A DNA stretch of 64,000 nucleotides, from the NCBI RefSeq assembly GCF_027921745.1, contig NC_079238.1:5022001-5086000 (forward strand), written 5' to 3'. The stretch comes from Schizosaccharomyces osmophilus (lineage: Eukaryota). This document shows positions 22,850-33,927 of this stretch, piece by piece. The notes beneath the pieces were generated by a model that ran no database searches, had not been told where the DNA came from, and saw only the letters and a program-made list of their open reading frames with translations. The translations under genes were made by a program, and so were the position numbers. Each line of letters starts with the position of its first letter. The stretch's first letter is position 1.

Positions 22850-23439
22850 TCAGTTGAGTTCAAAGGATGTCCTTCTTTTATATCAAGAAACCTATTCATA
22901 ATGAATTTTTGAATGAGATTCCTTTCCAAAAATATAATGGCTTTGTTTATTGAATTTGCAAGTTGGATTCTCAGGATAATGATCCGGGTTTTCAAATTTG
23001 ATAGGAACAATAAAGAAATAATAAAGAAAAAAGAAGTTTAGCATTTTAATTTTTGCAACTATGTTCACAATATCATAAGTCAATAAATGAATTATATCTT
23101 TCATGGAGCATTTTCATGCCTAGCTCATCTTTGAGGAGCAAGGGTAGATGAGTTATAAAGTTTTTTGTCGTTTCCTAAATGTAAAATATTGAAATGCGAG
23201 AATAATAAGGACTGAATAGAACAAAAGGAACCGACATGCGTTCTTCTGTTGTATTCCTTTTTCATAGAATTTTATTCACAAACTCTTTCGTAAAGTATCT
23301 TAAGATTGGATTGTCTTTCACATAGAAAATCCATAAAGAGGACGCAAAATTAAAGCCGACTTTTTTTCCGACAATTGTGTTTTGTTTTTAGGTTCATATT
23401 CTTCTCATAATGCCAAAAACAGAAACACCGCAAACAGCA

Positions 23440-24576
23440 TTAATAATTTCGAGCAACGACTTTTTCAGCGACGGCATGTAAAGCCTGTCGGGCAGGTGAA
23501 TCCGGTATACACTGAAGGGCTTCGTGAGCTTTTAGTATGTAATCATTTGCCCACTTTACGGTGGCCTCTATGCCATCCGTACTTTCGACAAGTTCTCGTG
23601 CCTTTTTCACGTCCGAAGGACAATTAAAACGATTGATTACCATTGCACCCAGTTCCGGATACTGCTTCCAAGCAAATAATACAGGAGCGGTTGCGAGTCC
23701 CAAATTTAAATCTGCATTTGCAGCTTTTCCCAAGGTTTCGTCTTGGGACGTGTAGTCTAAAACATCATCCATCAACTGGAACGCAGTACCGACGTATCGA
23801 CCATAATCGGCAGCAGCCTCAATGACAGTAGGAGAGCATTGACCCAGAATGGCAGCAGATTGGCAGCTTTTTGAAATAAGACTAGCTGTTTTTAGGTATG
23901 TTTTTTCAATGTAGTAGTCAAAATGAAAGGGTTGTAGTTCTAAGCTATTTGTATCGGCCGTATTCTTCAATTGAAGAAATTCACCACGTACCAAGTCTGC
24001 AACGACCGTTGCGAACAACTCAGTAACTTTTGGGGTTCGCAGTCTAGCCATTGCCGTGGATGCTCTCCCAAGAATAAAATTCCCTGTCAAAACAGATTTT
24101 CGATTTCCAAAAGCTACATTACTGGAAGGATGTCCTCGACGGGAACTGGCATGATCAATTACATCGTCGTGCAACAAACTGGCTGTGTGGATCATTTCCG
24201 TGATTTGAGCTAATCGAAGCTGAGAAGGTAAAACCTGTCCAGTGGAGACGTGATCCGGAGCATCGTCTTCCAAAAAATTCGACCCAACAATAGACTGGTC
24301 AATTCCACTGCATAGACTCGTTGCTTTCGACACCAACAGTACCAGGGAAGGTCTCATCTGCTTTCCCTGGGCTATGGTGTAATATCTAGAGCATTTTGAA
24401 AGTTCTTCAAATTTGGAGGAAAGCAATTCTCGGATTCCTGGTGATACTTGCCTGAGTTCATTTTCAATGAGTCCGGTAAAATTGGCAGACTTGCTTGCCG
24501 CCCTAAATAATACTCTACAGCCTTGATTTCTCCAAGTCGATTTAAGTGATAGTTTCAATATCCCATTGTGAAGCAT
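23440..24576 (-). CDS. dps1: Decaprenyl diphosphate synthase subunit Dps1 (CoQ biosynthesis)
   Basis: GKQMRP, EMIHTASLLHDDVID..RRG, YLKTASL and FQLMDDVLD (FARM/SARM motifs). Confidence 0.95.
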   Translation of the reverse strand: MLHNGILKLSLKSTWRNQGCRVLFRAASKSANFTGLIENELRQVSPGIRELLSSKFEELSKCSRYYTIAQGKQMRPSLVLLVSKATSLCSGIDQSIVGSNFLEDDAPDHVSTGQVLPSQLRLAQITEMIHTASLLHDDVIDHASSRRGHPSSNVAFGNRKSVLTGNFILGRASTAMARLRTPKVTELFATVVADLVRGEFLQLKNTADTNSLELQPFHFDYYIEKTYLKTASLISKSCQSAAILGQCSPTVIEAAADYGRYVGTAFQLMDDVLDYTSQDETLGKAANADLNLGLATAPVLFAWKQYPELGAMVINRFNCPSDVKKARELVESTDGIEATVKWANDYILKAHEALQCIPDSPARQALHAVAEKVVARNY

Positions 24577-24817
24577 TTCATTTCTTTCTGAAAAGAGTGA
24601 GTGTGCATATAAGAGGAAGGCTTTAGTTTCTACATATTTGGTGTGATCTTCCGAAAACTTCGTTTAGATAACCTTAAATTATAGACGAATTTTGTGTATG
24701 AGAAATGCAGCTACACAACAGATAGGTAACAATGCTACCGCCGACTTAGAACGAAAACATTAGGGGACCCAAGGCTCCGCTTAGCAACTACTCTGGAGTC
24801 ACGAAGAAGCTGGGAGT

Positions 24818-26953
24818 ATGGAAGCGAGTTCTGAATTAGATAGAATACTTCCAATTGCTTCTAGAGCATTATTATGTGAGGGAAACAAAGATTGGACCTT
24901 GGCGTATGTAAATTACTGTAAAGTGATAGAGGAGATGAAAAAATTTTCGGAAATGCGTATCCGCCAAGGACTTGCACCGTTAAAAGGAGCAGAAGAGTGT
25001 TCCTGGAATGGACTTTACGATAATTGCGTTAACAAGGCCGGAAGGCTACGGAGGCTAATTTTGGAAACGGAAATGGAAAGGCAAAATTTCCAAGTCGCAC
25101 CAAAAATAGCGCAAAAAAAGTCGTCGATTGACTATCAAATACCTGGTCCAAGCCGTGCGCATACGCCTTTGCAGCATTCTATGAGTGGCCGAATGATATA
25201 TAAGCAGCCAAGAGGTGTAAAGTCGGAAACAAACATTTCAACGACTCCTCGTTCTTATGGATCAGCATATTCCCCTCCTTCAGCTTCTGCATCATTCGCC
25301 GCAACTTCTTCTTTTGGGAATTCCTCTCATTTTAATTCCGCATTAAAGCGCTCGCCTGGAGTTGCTAAAACGGAGGACCCTTTTTCTTCTTTCAATTCAT
25401 CGGCTGTAAAGCCATCTGATTCCACTCGGGCAAATACTACAGGCTCGCCGTTCTCTCTTTCGGGCTCACCAGAATTAACGAGTCAAACGAACCCATTTAT
25501 TTCAGCAAAGTCTCATCCCTTGCCCAATCCTCCTCCTATGCAGCGCACTGCCTCTTCGTTTTGCATACCACTTCCTAGAAAAGGTACTTTTATTCCTGCC
25601 CAGCCTTTAGCTTCGCCACCACCTCCCCCAAAGTCCACATCCTATACCTCGGCAACATATCCTGTATCTCCGTTTGATCGACAAACCTATATGAATAATT
25701 CAAAATCATATTCATCTGATACCAATCCGTTTATTACCAACGGGACTCCCAACGACGTCAACGACTTCACTCCTACTCCGCCTTCTTCAAGCGATATTAA
25801 ATCTTCGCCTACAACATCACCAGTTGATCCAAATGATTCTCCATTGATAAAGCAAATAGCTGGACAGGATCAACAGTCGACCACACCTTCAGCCTCTACT
25901 GCTCAGCCTGATAATCTCCAAAACAACAATCAACAAAGTGATTTTGAATCTGCCATCATGAGCGAAATTGTTGCAAATCACGATCCAGTTTATTGGTCAG
26001 ATATTGCGGGGTTAGAAGAAGCTAAAAACTCTTTGAAAGAAGCTGTCATCTACCCATTTTTGCGACCAGAATTATTCAAAGGTCTTCGCGAACCTGTTCA
26101 AGGCATGTTGCTATTCGGACCTCCGGGAACCGGTAAGACTATGCTTGCTCGTGCTGTTGCTACGGAAGCCAAAGCAACTTTTTTCTCAATCTCGGCTTCT
26201 TCCTTGATGTCAAAATATGTATGTAATTGGTTTAGCTTTTTCTTTATTCCTTCTTTTCTCTAACACGTCTTTAGCTCGGTGAATCTGAAAAGCTCGTTCG
26301 GGCCCTGTTTGAAGTTGCAAAACGCCAAACTTGCAGTGTCATATTCGTGGATGAAATAGATTCAATTCTTTCTGCACGAAGTGATAGCGGTAACGAACAC
26401 GAGAGTTCGAGAAGATTGAAGACTGAATTTTTAATTCAGTGGTCTTCTCTTTCTAATGCGGCTCCTGAAAAAGCTACAGGCAATTCTCCTCGAGTGTTGG
26501 TCCTCGCTGCAACAAATCTTCCATGGTGCATTGATGAGGCAGCACGTCGTCGTTTTGTGAAGCGAACTTATATCCCCTTGCCTGAACCAGAGACGCGTCA
26601 TAAGCATCTTTCTCATTTGCTACATAATCAAGTACATGGTCTAACGAATGAGGACTTGAATGAACTTGTTGAGTTAACTGAAGGTAAGTTTTAAAAAACA
26701 AATGTGAGTTGTGAGTTGTCGCTAATTAAATTTAGGTTACTCGGGATCCGACATAACCGCTTTGGCTAAAGATGCTGCAATGGGTCCTTTGCGAAACCTG
26801 GGTGAGGCTTTATTAACGACTAGTGCCGAACATATCCCACCTATAGATATTAATCATTTCAAAGCTAGCTTGAAGACAATTCGACCTAGTGTTTCCTCAG
26901 AAGGTATTTACCGTTACGAAGAATGGAATCACCAATTCGGTTCTCAACGCTGA
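24818..26953 (+). CDS. knk1: Spastin/fidgetin-like AAA+ ATPase (Knk1/Alf1). Exons 24818-26218, 26275-26683, 26736-26953.
   Basis: [19 protein letters not shown] (Walker A), IFVDEID (Walker B), [18 protein letters not shown]-like N-terminus; symbol assigned by synteny. Confidence 0.85.
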
Positions 26954-27795
26954 GGCTAATTTTCACCATCATTTGAATCATTTGAGAGAGGACTTTTCTG
27001 CTTTGATATTTAAGATATGTCCTCTTGATACAAGCTATTTATTTATCTTTTCACCATTGAAACCAAGTTCCCTTCTTTTCTTTGTTAATCCTTAAGATGT
27101 TAAGAGTTTTAATTATCTGTGTACACTCAATCTCTGTCGCTTTTCTTTTGCATTCCGTCATATACCATTATACATTTCGAGGGCCTTTACTGTAAACAGA
27201 CAACGGTTTTATTATTTAATTTTTTCATTGATACCTCATAATTCTGATTTGAGAATAATACTTTTGAAAATAACAACGCATATTGTCATCTTAACCTCTT
27301 TATCTTGCATTCTTTTGATGCCTTACTTTTACCTACCAAATTGCTTAATTCATTATTATTTTGGAATATTGAATGAAGTATACGTACCTAATTATTGTTA
27401 TTTAAACTAAATCAATTGTAATTTATAAAATTTACTCTTTTTGGAAGAATGATGTTGGTTACAAGTAAAGCCATGCAGGAACTCTCAATTGTAAGAATGC
27501 TATGTAACTCGATACTCCTTTAGCTTAAGAACGATCGAATTCAATTAGAATTAAACCCTTCTATTGAGCATTTAACTGTTTATAATCTTACTTGTTTTGT
27601 AAAGTACTCGAAGAAACTTCAGTAAACGGCTGTCACCAAGTGTTACTCATAGCAAGTCTACAGGGTAATTGAATGATTCTTCTACGTGGTAGGTAAAAAT
27701 CAGCTGTAATTGAGAATTCAAGGAGAGAGGTTGCTTTTTTAATTTTTTTTTATTCTTATAGGCATTAGTTTCTTGATCAAAAATTTGGGATCGTG

Positions 27796-29841
27796 ATGGT
27801 TCCTAAGATCTTTCAATCTAGTCGCCAGAAGGCATTTAAGAAGAGTGAAACAAGTGAATTACAGAAGGGATTAGTTTCTCAATATGCAGGTGAGCGAATT
27901 GACGCTGTCAAGAGGACAATAGCGGCCATGACCGTCGGTAAAGACGTCTCCAATTTGTTTCCGGACGTGTTGAAGAATTTAGCAACCCGAGACGTAACAT
28001 TGAAGAAATTGGTGTATTTGTATTTGATCAACTATGCAAAGACGCATCCCGATTTGTGTATTCTTGCCGTGAACACTTTCGTTAAAGATTCAGAAGAATA
28101 TAATCCCACTGTTCGGGCTTTGGCAATTCGAACCATGGGTTGTATACGTGTTACCAAAATCATTGACTACTTAGCACACCCTTTACGAAAAGCATTAAAA
28201 GATGATCATCCATATGTCCGCAAAACGGCTGCCGTATGTGTTGTAAAAATGTTCGAATTAGACCCTGAATATTGTTCTTCCAATGGTTTTATATCCCAAC
28301 TTCAGGCATTAGTTACGGACCCTAATCCGGCCGTCGTTACTAATGCAGTTAGATCGCTTGCGGAAATCCATGATTGTGAACCCGAAAAGGGTTATTTCAA
28401 TTTGGTATATACAATGACCGATCGGTTGATTGTAGCGTTGAGTGAATGCAATGAATGGGGAAGAATAACCATTCTTTCCGCTCTCTCTCGATTGCGTACC
28501 ACCGACGTTAAAGAAGCGGAGTTTATCTGTGAACGTGTTATTCCTCAATTTCAACATGCCAACAGTGGTGTAGTGCTGGCTGCCGTGAAAGTGATTATGA
28601 TTCATATTTCATTATTTTCTGAAGAATTTAGAACCCTTTTATACAAAAAAATGGCACCTCCTCTCCTTACACTTTTGTCCGCTGATCCAGAAATTCAGTA
28701 TGTTGCATTGCGGAATATCAATTTGATCCTTCAAAAACAACCGGACGTTTTTGAGAGAGGCACTCGCGTCTTTTTCTGTAAATATAATGATCCTCTTTAC
28801 ATCAAACTTGAGAAATTGAAAATTATTACAATGCTTGCATGCGAGGAGAATATAAATGAGACACTTTCTGAACTTCGTACTTATGCTTCAGAAGTAGACC
28901 TAGAATTTGTCAAACAGACAATCAAGTCGTTGGGTGACGTTGCACTGAAGGTTCCGAGTATTATTAATGATTGTATTGCTGTGTTTTTAGAGATTTTTGA
29001 GGTTAACATCAGCTACATGGTTCAAGAAGTTATGGTTGTTATGGAGACAATTTTACGACAATATCCTAAAAAGGTACAACTTTTGCTTCCTTATCTTGAA
29101 AAAGTGCTAGAGGAACTTGGAGACCCTCGAGCTCGTGCCAGTATGGCTTGGATATTGGGTGAATTTTGCAATTCTATTGGTAACTCCACTCAGCTGCTTT
29201 ATGAGATGGTGTCTTCTATCTCCCAGGAAGATTTACAGGTGCAGCTTGCTCTATTAACAGCCACTGTCAAGTTGAATCTTATCATGCGTAATGGTGAATC
29301 TGAAGCACTCTTGAAAAAAATATTTTCTTATGCAACAAATGTATCTAGCAATCAAGACTTGCGGGATCGGGCTTTCATGTATCAGCGATTAATGACTTCC
29401 AAAAATTTAGATACGGCTACTTCTATTGTTTGCTCGCAAAAACCCACTGTCGAACATGATACCAAGTTACCCAGGTTACTGTTGGAGACTTTACTTTCAG
29501 AAATGACTACTCTTGCATCTGTTTATCACAAACTACCAGAGTCATTCATCGGCCAAGGAAAGTTTGGAGCAGATGCTCTTCAACAACGTGCTGTTGAAGA
29601 GTTGAACGTTGACGAGGAAAACAACCAGACGGCAATCGAAAAGGGAGCAAATGTCGAGAATTTACTAGATCTTGATTTTGGAGGTCAAGGCACTGCTACT
29701 CCTACTGAATCTACAGCATCGCCTTCTATTTCTAATAATGCTTTAGATTTATTTATGTCTGTCGAATCTTCCGCGCCGAGCAATCAGCCTCCAACAGCAG
29801 GTCACTCACGGTCTGCGACAGAAGATCTTCTTGGTCTATAA
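27796..29841 (+). CDS. apl2: AP-1 adaptor complex beta subunit
   Basis: [53 protein letters not shown] and DLRDRA. Confidence 0.92.
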   Translation: MVPKIFQSSRQKAFKKSETSELQKGLVSQYAGERIDAVKRTIAAMTVGKDVSNLFPDVLKNLATRDVTLKKLVYLYLINYAKTHPDLCILAVNTFVKDSEEYNPTVRALAIRTMGCIRVTKIIDYLAHPLRKALKDDHPYVRKTAAVCVVKMFELDPEYCSSNGFISQLQALVTDPNPAVVTNAVRSLAEIHDCEPEKGYFNLVYTMTDRLIVALSECNEWGRITILSALSRLRTTDVKEAEFICERVIPQFQHANSGVVLAAVKVIMIHISLFSEEFRTLLYKKMAPPLLTLLSADPEIQYVALRNINLILQKQPDVFERGTRVFFCKYNDPLYIKLEKLKIITMLACEENINETLSELRTYASEVDLEFVKQTIKSLGDVALKVPSIINDCIAVFLEIFEVNISYMVQEVMVVMETILRQYPKKVQLLLPYLEKVLEELGDPRARASMAWILGEFCNSIGNSTQLLYEMVSSISQEDLQVQLALLTATVKLNLIMRNGESEALLKKIFSYATNVSSNQDLRDRAFMYQRLMTSKNLDTATSIVCSQKPTVEHDTKLPRLLLETLLSEMTTLASVYHKLPESFIGQGKFGADALQQRAVEELNVDEENNQTAIEKGANVENLLDLDFGGQGTATPTESTASPSISNNALDLFMSVESSAPSNQPPTAGHSRSATEDLLGL

Positions 29842-30581
29842 GAAAGTATTTATTAGAGGATTTGATCGAACAAGCATGTTTATACCACATACCACAATAT
29901 CACATATTCCAATGAACTATTATCCCATCACCCATGAAAATATGAACCTTGTTTGTTTTAGGATCATAGTACAGAAAATGGTAATTTTATGAACCCCGAA
30001 AAACAGTGAATAGACGAATTGTATGCTGCTTATCGAAAGTATATTTTCTAATTTGTTATTTCAAATCCTTTCTGATCCCCGTCAGCTACCATTCCCAATA
30101 CAATTAAACATTTCCTTTATCAGTTTACAATACTCTATTTGTTTACAAATAGTTATAGTGAATGCATACGCTGCCTTTAAAAACAAAATACCGCATTACT
30201 CTATAATACACTAACCTACATAACCTTCTCTCCTGCTTTCCATTATTTGGGTACCTTTGCTCAGGAAATTTACAAATAACTACCTTCTCTTCAAGGAAGG
30301 TGAAGCTTTATTCGTATACTCATAAAAAACTGTTTTTATTGTACGAATTATTTTGGAATCGCATAAGGTCTCTGGTTGATACTTTGAAACTGAATACGAC
30401 AAAGGCCATTACAGTTACGAAGATTTTGTAAATTTTGGATAAACTACAAAAGGACGAAGAATTTTTTTTCGTGAGTAGTTTGTGAAGATTTATAGTAGAA
30501 AAGTCTTTAGTGCCTTCGTTTATAAAATTCACTACCTCACCGTCTTATATTTGGATCTTTCATTGGAACAATTTCTTCATA

Positions 30582-31349
30582 ATGAGTACCGGATCATCAA
30601 GGGAAGAATTGCAGAAGAAGCTTCACGAGAAACTTGATAAGTTTAGATCTCAAAGGAAGCTTCCGAAAGACACTGACCGAAAAACACTGGTTCAAATACG
30701 TAAAGAAAAAGCTGAACAAAGAGCGCAAGCGAAAAAGGGGGCAAAGGCAGCTGCTAGAGTAACTGAACAAAGAAAAGGCACTAAACCAGATGCAGCCTCT
30801 GAAGACAAAGAACTAGGAAGCTTGGAACACGCGGTCAACCCGACCACAGGAACGCCGGACATCACTTATGGAACACTTCTTCTTGGACAAGACAAGTTTA
30901 CCAATGGCGAACTAAAGAAGTCTAGCAAACGAAAGGGCCCAACAGATGTTTACGGGGCCATGAAGCATTTGGAAGCGAAAAGGGCACGGGTCGAACAGTA
31001 CGATGAAGAGAAAAAGAAAAAAATTGAAGAAAGTGATACCTGGCATCGGGTTTTGCTTCAAGCAGAGGGCAAGAAATTACAGGACAACGAAAAACTTTTG
31101 AAGAAAACCATGAAGCGGAAGGAAAAGGAGAAGAAAACCTCATCGATGGCCTGGCTAGAACGAAACAAGGCGGTACATCAGACAATGGCCCAACGACAGA
31201 AGAAACGCGAAGAGAATCTTCAGAAACGCCGAGATAGTAAAAAGTCCAATAAGAAGTCTGCTAAGAAGTCGGATAAAAAGCCAGACAAAAAGTCGGATAA
31301 AAGGTTTGATAAAAAGAACAAAAAGCCAAAGCCTTCTAAAGGAAAGTAA
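30582..31349 (+). CDS. rrp1402: SURF6/Rrp14-family nucleolar ribosome biogenesis protein
   Basis: Lys-rich; WHRVLLQAEGKKLQDNEKLLKKTMKRKEKEKKTSSMAWLER and RQKKREENL match the SURF6 domain; first ATG at 30582; symbol by synteny. Confidence 0.8.
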   Translation: MSTGSSREELQKKLHEKLDKFRSQRKLPKDTDRKTLVQIRKEKAEQRAQAKKGAKAAARVTEQRKGTKPDAASEDKELGSLEHAVNPTTGTPDITYGTLLLGQDKFTNGELKKSSKRKGPTDVYGAMKHLEAKRARVEQYDEEKKKKIEESDTWHRVLLQAEGKKLQDNEKLLKKTMKRKEKEKKTSSMAWLERNKAVHQTMAQRQKKREENLQKRRDSKKSNKKSAKKSDKKPDKKSDKRFDKKNKKPKPSKGK

Positions 31350-31626
31350 AATCAATAGATAATATATGGGTATCTGGGAGATTTGAGGATTGGATTATGG
31401 TTTTTTTAATGAAATGCATTTCTACACAGTTATTGAAAGAGTATACATGGTATAGGATCTATGGGCGATATTAGAATAGTATTTACAAAGTTTGCTAGTA
31501 GGGTAACTTGCTTGAAAAAGATAGTGGAAATCATATTTGTTATCCTAGTATATCGGATGTACCTACAATACACTCGTCTTGAACGTTAACTTTTCTTCAA
31601 TGCTTGTCACATATAATATGGGAACT

Positions 31627-32589
31627 TTAGCTAGTAGGGGTAGAAGTGTCTGTACCAGGCTGTTCTGACGCTGGAAGTTTGTTTTCTGTCGTTTCATTTC
31701 GATTAGTAACGGACGCCGATTCTCTATCGGTCGTAGTAACTGCGGGTGCTTGGTGCGGTGGTGCAGTTGGGGAAACGGTTACATTGCTTAAGGTCGATCC
31801 TTTCGCTTCCTCTTTCTCGGCTTTTTTCGTCGATTTTGTACCCGTGGACGTTCTCCTAGACGCCTTTTCCCTTGGTTTGGTTTTTGTCTCTTTGGTCGGA
31901 GTTTTTTGTTCCTTCAATGACTTTTCGGTCTCTTTTTTTGTCTCTTTGTTCGTAACACTTGTGTTTGCTGAAACATCTTTTTTAGATCCCGAAGTGGAGG
32001 ATTGCTTAGAAGCTCGTTCATGCATGGATATGGTTTGTAAAGGTTGTTCATCATCATTAGAATCTTCCTCTATTTTGTCAGTAGGCTTTCCACTTGAAGC
32101 TGGCTGATCGTTCATAGTAGATTGAGGAGTAGTTGGAGTTGGATTAGCGGCAGCATTGGAAAGGGTGTTTGATAACTTCTTTTTTCGTTTTGTTTTTTTA
32201 GACCGTTCAATCTTTACTTTATCGCCCTCAGCTACCAATGGTCCACTGAAAACAAAAAAACCGTCCTTGCTAGCAGCGGCCATTTCTTCAATGTATAACT
32301 CCGTATCATCAATGAATGGGTCATGTCGATCATAGTACTCATCCGCGTATCTTCTCTTTCTTCGTTTTTTGGTTGGTTCTGTTCCACCCTCTGCATTCGG
32401 TCCTCCTTGTTGTTGCTCATTTTCTCCATCTGATTCAGCAGAATCAGAGAGTTCGTTCTTCTTCACGTTCTGATTGATGGAAGGTCCATAGACTTTTTCG
32501 ACTTCTTCGGCGAAATTAATATGAACGTTTTCTTTTCCTTGTAAAGGAACCTCTAAACACAGGACGCGTTGATCGTCGAACGGAAGCAT
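31627..32589 (-). CDS. hip4: HIRA complex subunit Hip4 (Hpc2/UBN1-like)
   Basis: HRD/HUN motif YYDRHDPFIDDTEL...KDGFFVFSGPL; N-terminal INFA motif. Confidence 0.88.
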   Translation of the reverse strand: MLPFDDQRVLCLEVPLQGKENVHINFAEEVEKVYGPSINQNVKKNELSDSAESDGENEQQQGGPNAEGGTEPTKKRRKRRYADEYYDRHDPFIDDTELYIEEMAAASKDGFFVFSGPLVAEGDKVKIERSKKTKRKKKLSNTLSNAAANPTPTTPQSTMNDQPASSGKPTDKIEEDSNDDEQPLQTISMHERASKQSSTSGSKKDVSANTSVTNKETKKETEKSLKEQKTPTKETKTKPREKASRRTSTGTKSTKKAEKEEAKGSTLSNVTVSPTAPPHQAPAVTTTDRESASVTNRNETTENKLPASEQPGTDTSTPTS

Positions 32590-33282
32590 TATTTTTTACA
32601 GAAAAAAAAACGGAAACTGAGTTTAAAAAGGCCAATCTGGATATTAGAGTGCGGATTGGGAAAAGGAAATTTATGATAAAGAAAAGACTTCCGTTGAATT
32701 CAAGGAAAGAGAAATACAAAATCTTACAAGCAGAAAGCAATGATTCTGCTTCAATCGACACAAATCAAATCTTAAAGAACCAATCTTGTCGAGTTACCTT
32801 GTTTCCACGTAGAAATCAAGCATTTGCTTCTGGAAGTGCACAAATCTTCAAGTACAGGGGAACTACAAATTACTATAGCTTTTTTCTATACAAAATGCAT
32901 CAAGCCTATTACAGGTTTGTAAATCCAAATATCTTCATAGAGGTGGTAAGTCGTACAACTTTGAAATTTTCGTAATTGTTTGAAGGTGACAATTGTAGTT
33001 TGGTAGAAAATATAACAATGGATCAAAGTTCGGGTTTTCTTGCTTGTGAGGCGTAACGGCTTACTAAAACCTACCTACAGTAGTCTAGCGTGTTTATGTT
33101 AATAAACAAATAACATGTAGTGTTTTAGGTTATAAGTCAAGGCATGTAACAGCCTAGAGAGGAATTTGAAGAGTTTCTAAAGGAACTGACGGACAATGCA
33201 AAAACCTGCAATTTATCTTACAGTTTACTACCAGTGGAGTTATTGAATTAAAGAAAATAAATATGGCAAAAATAACTTATAA

Positions 33283-33363
33283 TGCTTCTGGTGAGGCTCG
33301 AACTCACGACCTTCCCCTTTCATCTTATGAGAGGGACGCTACCACCAACTGAGCTACAGAAGC
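33283..33363 (-). tRNA. Elongator tRNA-Met(CAT) with a 7-nt intron
   Basis: GCTTCTG..TCCCT CT CAT A [AGATGAA] A GGGGA AGGTC GTGAG TTCGAGC CTCAC CAGAAGC A; G1-C72 pair and TTCGA T-loop indicate elongator type. Confidence 0.92.
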
Positions 33364-33927
33364 TTAGTTGATGTCCTGGAAATTGTTACAATATATGCAT
33401 GTAAAAAACATTGTGAGCAGGTATATAGCAGAAATCAACCGTCTGTCTACGAAGGCAATGGGAATAAAATAGGTGACCGACCATTCGTGGAAAGCCTCAG
33501 TTGTAGCAGCAACCTGTTGTCGACATCATATTACCGCTGAATTCGTATATCCTCAAAATCGAGATGGCATTTTCAGTTTTGTAATACGGTTGTCTTTCAA
33601 GAGCAGGTCCTTTATATGTAGCCCAACCCGTCTTTAAAAAGAAAAGTAAATTTCATTATGATTCGTTTATTGACTTTACGAGCATAAACAAGAATTTGGA
33701 TCATTAATATGCTTATAGTAAGTAATATTATTTAAGTTCATATGAGTTTTTAGATAGTATATATAAGCATATGCTTTAAACTGTGAGAATGCTTATTGAG
33801 ATTAAGCTTTCGAATGAGCACTTGAATATACCTAGTGCCAAACACGGTTTGGTGAATTAAAAGGTCGTAGACATTAGAATTGTCATTCAGAAATACTAAA
33901 CCAGGCTATTTCCACATTCAATGATAC

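Noticed and set aside
29842..30500. Possible small spliced gene (e.g. an LSM-domain NatC subunit) between apl2 and the SURF6 gene
   Set aside because: Trial splicing from the minus-strand ATG at 30243 hits stops and shows no recognisable motif
32516..32975. 81-aa and 108-aa ORFs upstream of hip4
   Set aside because: Low complexity and no motif; probably chance ORFs in the 5'UTR or promoter
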